Shown here: positions 1-10,457 of the stretch, one piece after another
Layout of the letters: every line of letters starts with the position of its first letter
Numbering within the stretch: the stretch's first letter is position 1
Assembly: GCA_016748015.1 (NCBI GenBank)
Contig: JAAOMT010000495.1
Span: forward strand, 264,094-328,093
Direction of reading: 5' to 3'
DNA length: 64,000 bases
Source: Geosiphon pyriformis uo1
Lineage: Eukaryota > Fungi > Glomeromycota
Made by a program: the position numbers and the translations under genes
Notes under the pieces: generated by a model
Seen by the model: only the letters and a program-made list of their open reading frames with translations
What the model was told of the DNA's origin: nothing
Database searches by the model: none

Positions 1-208
1 CATGTGTGTGCCCATGAGCACGAGAATGAGAATGGGCATTATTGGTTGAATCGGCTGAAAAAGTAGTTACGTGGTCTTCAAAGCGGCAAACTTCTTTATT
101 TGAAACTGATGTCATTATAGAAAATACTTGGAATCGCGAATACAAGATTTGAATTTTAATAATAATCAGATCTATTTATCAAACTTTCATAATTCAGAAT
201 ACACAAAT

Positions 209-3078
209 ATGAGACTAGTCCCACGAGAACTTGACAAACTTATACTTCATGAAGTAGGGTATCTCGCTCAAAAACGTTTGGCCCGTGGTGTTCAACTAAA
301 CCATACAGAGGCTACTGCACTTATTGCCTCTCAACTTATTGAACTAATGAGAGATGGCGACAAGTCTGTGGCAGAATTGATGAACCTAGGCAAGCAATTG
401 CTTGGTAGACGACATGTACACCCAGATGTTTGGGAGACCTTGAGAGAAGTTCAAGTGGAAGGCACTTTTCCAGATGGAACTTATCTTGTAACAGTCCATG
501 ACCCTCTTAGCTCAGATAATGGAGATTTAGAGCTGGCTCTTTATGGCAGTTTTTTGCCTATTCCGGACCAGTCTAAATTCCCTTTGCCAAGCTCAGAGCG
601 TACACCGGAATCTGCTCCTGGTGCTGTTATAGTCAAGCCTGGCAAAATAATATTGAACGAAGGTAGAAAAAGAGTTGCCCTTAAAGTAACAAATAATGGT
701 GATCGACCAATTCAGGTATATAATGATTGATGTATTCATGAAAACCATTTTGGATATTGGTTGGGCTTATATCATTGATAATTTTTGATAGATTGGCTCT
801 CATTATCACTTTATCGAAACAAATCCTTTTCTTGCCTTTGATCGATCGCTTGCGTATGGTAAAAGATTAGATGTGCCAGCCGGAACTGCGGTTCGATTCG
901 AACCTGGGGAAACTAAGACTGTTAATCTAGTAGAGATTGGGGGTTTAAAACGGATCACAGGCGGAAACAAACTGGCGACAGGATTCTTGAATGCATCCAA
1001 ACTAGCCCCTCTCATTCAAAATCTTCAAGCATTGGGTTTCTCGCATCATCCACAAGACAGTCATGCTCTGTCTATTACACCATACACTATGGATAGGAAA
1101 ACATATGCAGATTTTTATGGGCCAACCGTTGGTGATCGTGTTAAATTGGGAAATTCTAACTTATGGCTTGAAATCGAACATGATTGCACTCGCTATGGGG
1201 ATGAATGTAAATTCGGTGGTGGTAAAGTGTTGAGAGAAGGAATGGGCCAGGCAACTATTGTAGCTGATAACGATGCATTAGATTTGGTCATTACAAATGC
1301 GATTATTGTTGATTGGAGTGGCATTTATAAGGTAGTTATTAGTGAAAGGGTTTCTCGGGGATTTCTATTTGAGATCTCAAAAATTCTTACTTTTCAAGGC
1401 CGACATTGGAATCAAAAACGGACGGTTTGTAGGGATCGGCAAGGCTGGTAACCCTGATGTAATGGATGGAGTTACTGATAATATGATTGTAGGCGCTGTA
1501 ACAGAGACTCTTGGTGGTGAAGGTCATATATTTATAGCCGGTGCCATTGATTGTCACATTCACTTTATTTGCCCCCAAATCATTCCCGAGGTAAGTTTCC
1601 ATTGTGTGAAGCTTTCACATAGTAATTTAATTACATCGAATTATTATTTAGGCGCTCTCATCCGGAATAACAACTTTAATTGGGGGTGGTACAGGTCCAA
1701 ACACTGGGACTAATGCGACAACATGTACACCTGGTGCCACTCATATCGAAATGATGCTATCGGCAACTGATGAATTACCTATGAACTTTGGATTTACTGG
1801 TAAAGGAAATTCCAGTGATCCCAAAGGACTCATAGAACAAGTGAAAGCTGGCGCCATGGGATTAAAATTACATGAAGATTGGGGAACTACACCAGCTGCC
1901 ATCGATACATGTTTAAAAGTTTGCGAAGAGTATGATATTCAGGTAGCATAATCCAATAGTCACGATGGAAATTGCGACTAGTGATAATTATATAAATTTT
2001 ATATATTGGTATGATTTTCGCCTCCAGGCAAACATTCATACCGATACTCTGAATGAATCAGGGTTTGTTGAACACACCATTGCTGCTTTTAAAGATCGTA
2101 CTATTCACGCCTATCATTCCGAAGGTGCAGGGGGCGGTCACGCTCCAGATATCATACGTGTTGTTGGTGAACCGAATGTCATTCCATCATCCACAAATCC
2201 TACTCGGCCATACACTTTAAATACACTTGATGAACATGTAGACATGTTAATGGTATGTCATCACTTGGATAGAAATATCCCCGAAGACATCGCGTTTGCT
2301 GAATCAAGAATTAGAGCTGAGACTATTGCGGCCGAAGATGTTTTACACGATTTAGGTGCGATAAGTATCATTAGTTCTGATTCCCAGGCCATGGGTCGTG
2401 TTGGAGAAGTCGTCCTAAGAACTTGGAAGACTGCGCATAAAATGAAATTACAACGTGGAAAGTTAGGAACTGACCAAGATGGGCCGGCTGATAATTTCAG
2501 AATTAAACGATACGTCGCAAAATACACAATTAATCCGTAAGTTTTTAAATTCTTCAAACTCGGGAAATGTCCTTCAACAGAGGTTTATCTTTTGATTCAT
2601 ACCTAGGGCCATTGCAAATGGTGTTGGACACTTGATTGGCTCTATAGAAGTTGGAAAAGTTGCAGATTTGGTAATGTACAATCCAGCTTTCTTTGGCACA
2701 AAACCCGAAATTGTGATGAAATCCGGAATAATTGTTTGGTCTCAAATGGGCGATGCCAATGCTTCGATCCCAACTACCCAACCTGTAATTTCACGACCCA
2801 TGTTTGGGGCGTATGGAAGCGCTGCAGCCAAAAATTCTTTTGCTTTCGTAAGTCATGCATCAATTGCAGAAAACAAAGTACCACAATACGGATTAAAGAA
2901 ACGCATATCAGCTGTTAAGAACTGTCGCGACATCGGAAAGAAGGATATGAAACTTAATAATGCGCTGCCAAATATAGAAGTTGATCCGGAAACTTATGTG
3001 GTTAAAGCTGACGGTGTTTACTGTGGCTGCGATCCTTTAAAGGAATTACCGTTAACGCAAACAGTTTACTTATTCTAG
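209..3078 (+). CDS. URE1: Urease (single-chain fused gamma-beta-alpha eukaryotic type), 6 exons, 836 aa
   Basis: Exons 209-715, 792-1331, 1399-1590, 1652-1942, 2028-2536, 2607-3078, all GT-AG, sum to 2511 nt in one frame. N-terminus [11 protein letters not shown]; Ni-site motifs [49 protein letters not shown] are intact. Confidence 0.98.
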
Positions 3079-3499
3079 TTATCGATTCAAGAAGCACAAT
3101 AATAATTGAAATTTTTAGCAATCAACTTACGTGGTAATTCAAAACTCAAATTCACGTATTTATAATCTGGGGATATATAGATCTTTTAACAGTTGAAGTT
3201 TGGATTCTAAATTACAATAAATGATTTGTACTATCAGTAATTTTTTATCGTTCAAAAACAAAAGTTTTGATCCCCAGTTTATATTTTACTTTTTTCAAAA
3301 TCAAAATGAATGGGGTGTACAGACGGGACACAAAATTAGGACGATCTCCTTAAAATCGTAAATTTTGAAGATTTTAATAATACTAACAACTTTAAATTGC
3401 ACTGGGTGGTTATTTTTAATAATAAGACACTCATTTTTTTATTTAATTAACGAGTGGCTTGAAAATTCGAAATTTATATAGGTCGTCAAAAAGATCTTG

Positions 3500-4195
3500 A
3501 TAAAAATGTTTAAGAGGCAAAAATTGCGTGCATCATTGGACGGTCCGCTACTTGTGTTAAAAGTGATTATTTAAAAGAAATAATAATGGTCGAAAATTTA
3601 TTGTCGATAAACGTTCTGAACGTTGAATTCAAATAATCCAGCAATAAGAAAGGTGCCAAAACATCTGCTTACTGCCGAAATCTCATTTAAAATCCAAATT
3701 CTTATATCCATTAATAATTTAATCAAAATTCTAAAAAACCAATGATTAATGAAGTGAACCGAATCAAACGGTTAAAGTGGACTAAAACGTACAGGCATTG
3801 GACCAAAGAGGATTGGCAACGTATTCTTGAATAGACGAATCCTCTATAGCACCATTTCATATGGAAGATTTCGTTCATGGTGTCATAAAAGTGAGGTTTA
3901 CAATTCTGATCATGTGCGAGTAACCGCTAAAATCTATCATGGTATGGGAAGCCTCATATTGGATAAAATCTATCGAATGATTATGACCGCTGAAAAATCA
4001 ATATTTCAGGAAGATAACGCTCCAATTCACAAGTGCAAGCTTGTGAAAGAACTCCAAGATAATCTTGAAATTGTGACTTTGGAATGGCCAATAAAAAATA
4101 TGTGGAGGGAAGTTAAAAATTGGAGACCCACAAACAGTGGAATGCTATTCTATTAGAGATAATTTATTAACTCGATGCCAAAACGTGTTTTTCAA
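3500..4195 (+). pseudogene. Degenerate Tc1/mariner-type transposase remnant
   Basis: Frame-broken peptides AKIACIIGRSATCV (HTH-like), RIKRLKWTKTYRHWTKEDWQRIL, IFQEDNAPIH, TLEWP..IKNMW, LINSMPKRV match Tc1 DDE transposase motifs. No TIRs identified; boundaries approximate. Confidence 0.8.
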
Positions 4196-4364
4196 TAGTA
4201 AAAAAATTACTTTTTTTTTTTTTAGATATATCGGGTAAAAATAATCGGTACAATATAAATTCAGAATTATATATTTTATCTCGACACTCTTATTTTAAAC
4301 TTTCACTTGATATATTGGGTAGTTTAAATACTACAAGTTATGGATAATAAATCAAACTTTTTTT

Positions 4365-4742
4365 ATGACCACAGCTGGCGCAAAAAGTGAAAGAGAAGTA
4401 ACCACCACTTTTTCTATAGTTTCTAACAGTACAACCACCCAAAAAGCCCTCTCAACTGTAAAAACAGCTAGACAATGCTTTGCTAAGGCATTTCTCTTAA
4501 ATAATAAAGAAAAAGAGCAGTCTTTAGCTGTTAAAAAAGCATTCTTTTTGTTTTTGGTTGAGAATACTTCTTTCAAAGTTTCTTTAAAGTGGTCTATTAA
4601 GAGTAGTTCTAGTGTGGCTGCTATCATTGCTAAAAGCCCAAGAGCTTTTAATCACAAATTAGTAGTCAAGTTACTGTTTTCTCAAGCCTTCTATTTTATT
4701 GCTGCTCAAATGGCAAAGACAATATTATTTAAGTTAAAATAA
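4365..4742 (+). mobile_element. 5' fragment of an ORF1-only (HAL1-like) element
   Basis: MTTAGAKSE...ALSTVKTARQ..KAFLLNN...KSPRAFNHKLVVKLLF aligns by eye to the starts of the elements at ~5830, ~22003 and (minus) ~61080. Confidence 0.65.
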
Positions 4743-4929
4743 CATTATTAAATTAGCCAATTATATATTAGCACAGTAAACAACATAATAACAAATAATA
4801 ATTAGAAATAGCTTGAAATATTAAAATACCAGGAATGTTACAAAATTCTGTGTTATTAAAAATATATATATATATATAAAATAGTTTTAGCAAAAAACAA
4901 CTTATTTAAGAATTTCGTAATTTACTTTT

Positions 4930-5780
4930 TTTTTTTAAAATAATCTGGATAAAAATAAAGTTTTTTTATTATTATTTTGGAAATTTTTTATGATCTCTTG
5001 TTATACAAAATAAAAAAACATAAAAGTTTGTGTGACTATAAAGTTAATATTAAGTTTATTGTTAAGACAGATAAAATTAAAACCAAAACTAGTTTAATAT
5101 CTTATTTTATACTATTTGAGTTGAAAATAATTAAATATTACAAATAAATTTTTTAAAATTAATAATATTTTTATTAACAATAATAAAACTGTAACTATTT
5201 TTATTAATTAAAAAGTTAAAATTTTTTTTTTGTTTATTTACAATATGCCAATTTTTATTATAAAATAAAAATTACATAAATATTTTGATAATAAATAGTT
5301 AATCTAAACATAATTTAATTAAAGCATATTTAAATATTAATTTTTTTAAACAGTTTTTTATTTGTTTTTATTTGTTTTATAGTTTATTATTAATTATAAA
5401 TTATAATTAAGTTTTGTTTTTAAAAATATATATAACAAATAAAATATTATAATTAAAAAAAATTTTTTAAATAAAATTATGTATTATCTTTTGAAATTTT
5501 TTAAATAAATTTAAATTAAAAAAAAGATAATATTAATAATTTTTTAAATATTAAAAGTATTTTTGATTAGCTGTTTAATTATAAGTTTATAAACTTATAA
5601 ATATTAAATTAAATATTTACAAATCTATTATAATATTTTATAAAATTAAAAGTTAACTTTAAAACTAATTTTTTGGCTAAAATTATTAAATTTTTATAAA
5701 TTTTAATATTTTTCTTATGAATAATTTGTTTAATGTATTTTATATTATTAATAATATTTTAATATTAAAAGTTTTAAATA
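4930..5780 (+). mobile_element. Heavily eroded LINE ORF2 (RT region) relic
   Basis: Residual FYDLLLYKIKKHKSLCDYKVNIKF (~4987) and INNNKTVTIFIN (~5174) correspond to FYDPLLCEVKR..LCGY and INNDKTVAIPIN of the better LINE copies. Extreme AT content; boundaries approximate. Confidence 0.7.
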
Positions 5781-5829
5781 ACTTAATTTTTAATTTAAAT
5801 ACAAAAAAAAACTTTTTGTCTTCTTTATT

Positions 5830-8108
5830 TTATAACTATAACTAAAACAAAAATAAAAAAACTGCAACTAATATTTTTTCTTTAATATCTTACAAAGTTT
5901 TAACCAAAAAAGTTTTTTCTGTTATAGAAACAGCTAAACAAAATGTTTTAATAGCTTTTTTCTTAGTTAATAATAGTAAAAAGCTGTTTTTAATAACTGC
6001 TAAAGCCTCTTTCTCATCTTTGACTGGTTTTTTACCAGTTAAAATTTTCTCAAAAAAACACATTTGAATTAGTTTTAATGTTGTTTCCATCTCTTTTAAG
6101 AGCTTAAAAATTTTTAATAAGAAATTAATTAACAAGCTAGTTTTTTTTATTATAGTTTCTATATTTAGTGTTTCTAGTATTATTTTTTTAAAAATAATAA
6201 TTAAAAAGACCAAAGTTTCAAAAAAGTAAAAACAATTATTTGTCTTTACTATTGTTATACTAAACTCCTTTGTAATTTCTAATAAGATTATAAATGAAAT
6301 TTTTGTTGTATTATCTAATATGTTATCTAAAATAAGCCAAGATTAACTATTGGCTATATTGTCAAATATGGTTTTTTTTAACAGATTATTACTGGTTTTA
6401 GAAAAAAACAATAGTTTTGTATTGAATTATTTGTTTTTGAAAACTGAATTAATTAAATAGAAACTGATTCATTTTTTTTATTGGTTTTTAGTATTGTTAT
6501 TAATAATATTTGGGAAATTATTTCTAAATATCAAAGATTTACTGAGTAAGTAATCTTTATTTTGGTGTTTAATACTACTTTTAAGATTAAATTGGCTTAT
6601 GTTAAACTGTTTTTTGGTCAGTACATGGTTTCTTAGGTGTAAAATTAGTATTAAAAAACAATTTAAAGCTCTTTTATATAAAGTTTGCTTTTTAAAAGTC
6701 TTTGAAAACTGCTTTTTTGGTTGAACTTACAAGCTTGTTTATTTAATTACTCTTAAAATTGCCAAATTTTTGGTGATTTTTAAAACTGGTTCTTTTTTTG
6801 CTGTTGTTATATTGTGTAATGTATTTTTAAGTATATTTGTTGCTAATATTAAGACAGTTTTTAGTGTATTTGGTAAAATTATCTATGTTGTGCTGAAGTT
6901 TACTAATATTTGATAATATATAGTTGTTTATTTTAAAAAACTGGATTCTGCCGTGTTTGCTTTGAATCATTGGTTAGTTTTAGTAAATAAAGATAGTATT
7001 AAAATTCTTTTTTTAATAAATCAAAATAAGACTATTCTGTCTTATAATAAGTTTAAAATTAAGTTGGTCAATTTTTTTTTTAATTACACTGTTTATAAAA
7101 TCAGTAACATAATTTCTCAAGTTAATAGTCAGATATGTTTTATTCTTTGTTCTCCTAATTTTGGTTGTTATTTCTAGTTTGTCTTGGTTATGTTTAAATT
7201 TTAAGTTGATTTGGATGCTGCAGTTACCAAAATTAGTACACTAAGAAAATACCATATTTAATGAAAAATTTCTAATTATTAGTGTTGTTTTAAGTGTCAA
7301 GAAATAGACTATTTGATTGTAAACTATAAAATGTCTTTATTTTTTTCTTTCAAGAGTTCCAAAATTTGCAAGCTGTTTGTACTATATTTTGTAAATACCA
7401 AGTTTTATACCAGAGCTTTTACTTTTTTGAGTTTTTTTGAGTTTTCATCTCTGATAATTTCTGCTCTTTTTTTTGTGATTGTTAGTAACTCTTTGGTGTT
7501 TTCTCAATTGTTTTCTTTGGAATTTGATTTGGTTAAACTTTTTGCATTGGTTAAATCAATTGTTAAGCCTGTTGACTTTTTGATTATTGTGTTTAAACAA
7601 TTTATTAAAGATAATTTGGTTTCAAGTAGTGTTTTTAGTTTTAAAATTAATAAACTTATAATTTATTTAAATTTTTTTAGCAAAGTTTTTAGTAAATTAG
7701 AGAGAAAAATAGTTTTGCTAAAAAAAAAGTACTGTATAGATAATGTTAATATGTTTGGTGATTTGGATTTTTTGGTTGGTATTAATAATAAAACATTTTC
7801 TAACTTGATATTTCTTTGGATATATAAGCCTAATAATATTAAAACTGATCTTTTAAAAACAGCTAAATAGTTGGTTGGATTGGTTTTTTATAGTGTTAGA
7901 TTATTTAATGTAGTTCAAAAAATGTTGGTTTTAGATAAATTTACTTTTATTGTATTAATATAATATAGTTTAAACTAGTTTAAGTAGCTGGTTACATGTA
8001 GAAAACATGTAAACTATATTTAACTTTGGAATACTTAGTTTGTTTCTAATTTTTAGATAATAATTAGATCATATTTGTTAAATCTTAATAATAATAATAA
8101 TAATAAAA
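5830..8108 (+). mobile_element. ORF1-only non-autonomous non-LTR element (HAL-A), degenerate
   Basis: One ~2.1-kb broken ORF homologous to LINE ORF1: W.VLVNKDS-46aa-C is colinear with WSFLIRKDS-46aa-C of LINE-D, and a degenerate zinc knuckle lies at ~7285-7330. Stop at ~7961 is followed directly by the LINE-type 3' tail and (TAA)n. No ORF2. Confidence 0.8.
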
Positions 8109-8503
8109 TAACTTAATTTATTATAAAATAGTTTGTTTACTAAAAAAATTTAAAGTAATATTTATTAATTATTATTAAACAAATAAAAAATATTGTTTTA
8201 ATTAAAAATATTTTTATTATTAAAAAAACTAAATTTTAAGAATTTTGTATTTAGATAATTTAAATTAATAATTAAATAAATAAACAGTAAAAATTTTTGT
8301 AATATTAATTTAATATTAATTTATAATTTTTATTTTTATTTTTATTTTTATTATATATATGACTTAAATAATTTTATTATCTTTCTCTTGTTGATCTTAT
8401 GGTCACAATAAGAGATAGAATATACTGAAGAAATAAATTTCCTTTATTCTCTTTTTTCTGTATCTTCACAGTTATTTCTTCCAATGTACTTTTGTTCATA
8501 AGT

Positions 8504-10457
8504 ATGAATCCAGTAGGCTTTTTTGCTAGTAGGTTGGTATCTGTTTTGGCTGGGTTGAGGACCCAGTCTGGTATCAAAACCAAACAGTTAGTGAATGTTC
8601 ACTTACATAGTGCTTCTTACAAAAAACCCAAAAAACCTACTATTGTTGGTAATATGGTTGAAACATCAGCTAGCTCTCTATTTTTTGTGAATATAATTAC
8701 TGACAGTAACAAATCTGCAAGGTTCTGGAGCAGTAAAATAAACAGCAAAACAAGCAGCATTAGCAGTATATCAGATCTGGAGAACATAAAAAATACAGTT
8801 GTGGAAGATACCAATTATGTAGATTCCAATGCCTTGGAAGTTAACAATACTATGAACAACATCATACTAAGAAAAACTCATACCAGGACATATGTTTTGG
8901 GCAGCAAACTAAAAACTTTTTCTTTCAACAATTTGAGTGATGACAATGATGATATTTTGACACTTCTGGTTCCTAAATTTTCTGGTGCTAAGCATTTGCT
9001 GAATGTTGAGTCATATGTTCTGAATAAGCACAATTTTAAGCCAGTCAAATCTTTTGTGTTAAATATTGAACTATCTGCTGTGTTGGGTAAAACTATTAGT
9101 AATAAATTAATTGCAGTCAAAAAAAATTTCTATTGAGTTGATAGTTTTGGGAAGGCTTTCACTCTTTCAAAATTTTTAGGAATTATTAGGTTATTTTTTA
9201 TATCTGAATCTAGTTTAAATAAGGCAAAAGAATTGGCAATCTGTGAGAAAATTTTTGTTAATAATGATCTAAAAAAAGTAAACAGCCATTCAGATAGAGA
9301 AATAATTATCAAGAAAATTTTGGTTGATCTTCCCAAATTGGCTGTGGAATCAGTTTTTTCTAAGTTTAATAAGATTGTATCAATCAAGATATAATTGATT
9401 GGTTTGTGGCAAAAAACTTTGGTGAAATATGAATCATCTGAGATGGCTGATTTGGTTGCAGCTAGGTAGTTTGTTTTCATGAGAAAAGATTCTGTTTATG
9501 TGACAAAAGCAATTGGTAATAAACAAACTTGGATATTTAGGAACTAACATTAGGCTTTGTTGTATACTTTCTTAATTGGTACTACAGCTTATAACTTGTC
9601 TGATCTGCTGAATTTATATGATAAAAAGACTTGTTATATTGGCCATAATTTCAGTTCATATGTGCATAATAAATGTGTGATAGTGTGTTTTACTGATGAG
9701 ACATTCAAATTGGCTGTTATTGGTTTTACTCCAGTTTACAAGAGTGTAAATTTGCATTGGGCTGGGCTTTCTTTAACCTGTTGTGCTCTATGTAAACAAT
9801 TTGGTTATGTCTCTGGTGTTTGTTCAGTGAGTAGAAATTCTGGTGGTTATGGTAGACATGTAATAATCTTTCAGGATTGAATTTGTTTAGCCAACATATA
9901 TAAGAAAAAGCAGACTTCTGTTGCATGCTTTGTTTCATTTAGAAATAAAACCTGGGCTCAAATTGCTAGTGGTTATCCTTTCTGTGTGGTTTTGTCAGTT
10001 CTGTCTAATGGTAGTTTATCTTTAGGTGTGATATTTTACTCCTTGGGTTTTGCTTCCTTTGTTGATTTTAGCTTAAGTAATCATTTGGCAGTCTTGAAAT
10101 GCTCTTTAGAACTTCTGACAGATCAGGTTTCTGTTCTTATGAAAAAGTTAAACTTTATGGAGTTGGTGCCTCTAACTACATCCTCTTATGCTTCTCCTCC
10201 AGTTATCTCTGTCTTTTTGGCTCCTGTTTTGGATTCAAATATAGTTTTAAATGATGTGTTGGTATTATCTGCCTCCTTCTCCTTTATTAGTATTAATGCA
10301 ATTGCCAATTTCTAATAGTTCTAAGGTCCTAACCACCAAAGTGGGTAGATTGGAGTTAAAAATGATGGCTTTAAAGGCATCAGTTAATTCAGTTTTGGAA
10401 AAATTGGATTGTTTGTGTTCTGATTTGGGTTTGTCAGTTTTTTTTTCATCTTAATAA
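8504..10457 (+). pseudogene. LINE-A ORF1 (RRM-like domains, CCHC knuckle, coiled C-terminus)
   Basis: MNPVG... start; IGLWQK.LV.Y; KDSV; CALCKQFGYVSGVC knuckle; KVLTTKVG.LE.KMMAL. Interrupted by stops at former Gln/Arg/Trp codons. Confidence 0.88.

Noticed and set aside
128-3078. Several urease ORFs resembling a bacterial ureABC operon; ORF start at 128
   Set aside because: They are exons joined by GT-AG introns into one frame. The conserved start is the ATG at 209; 128 is a TTG.
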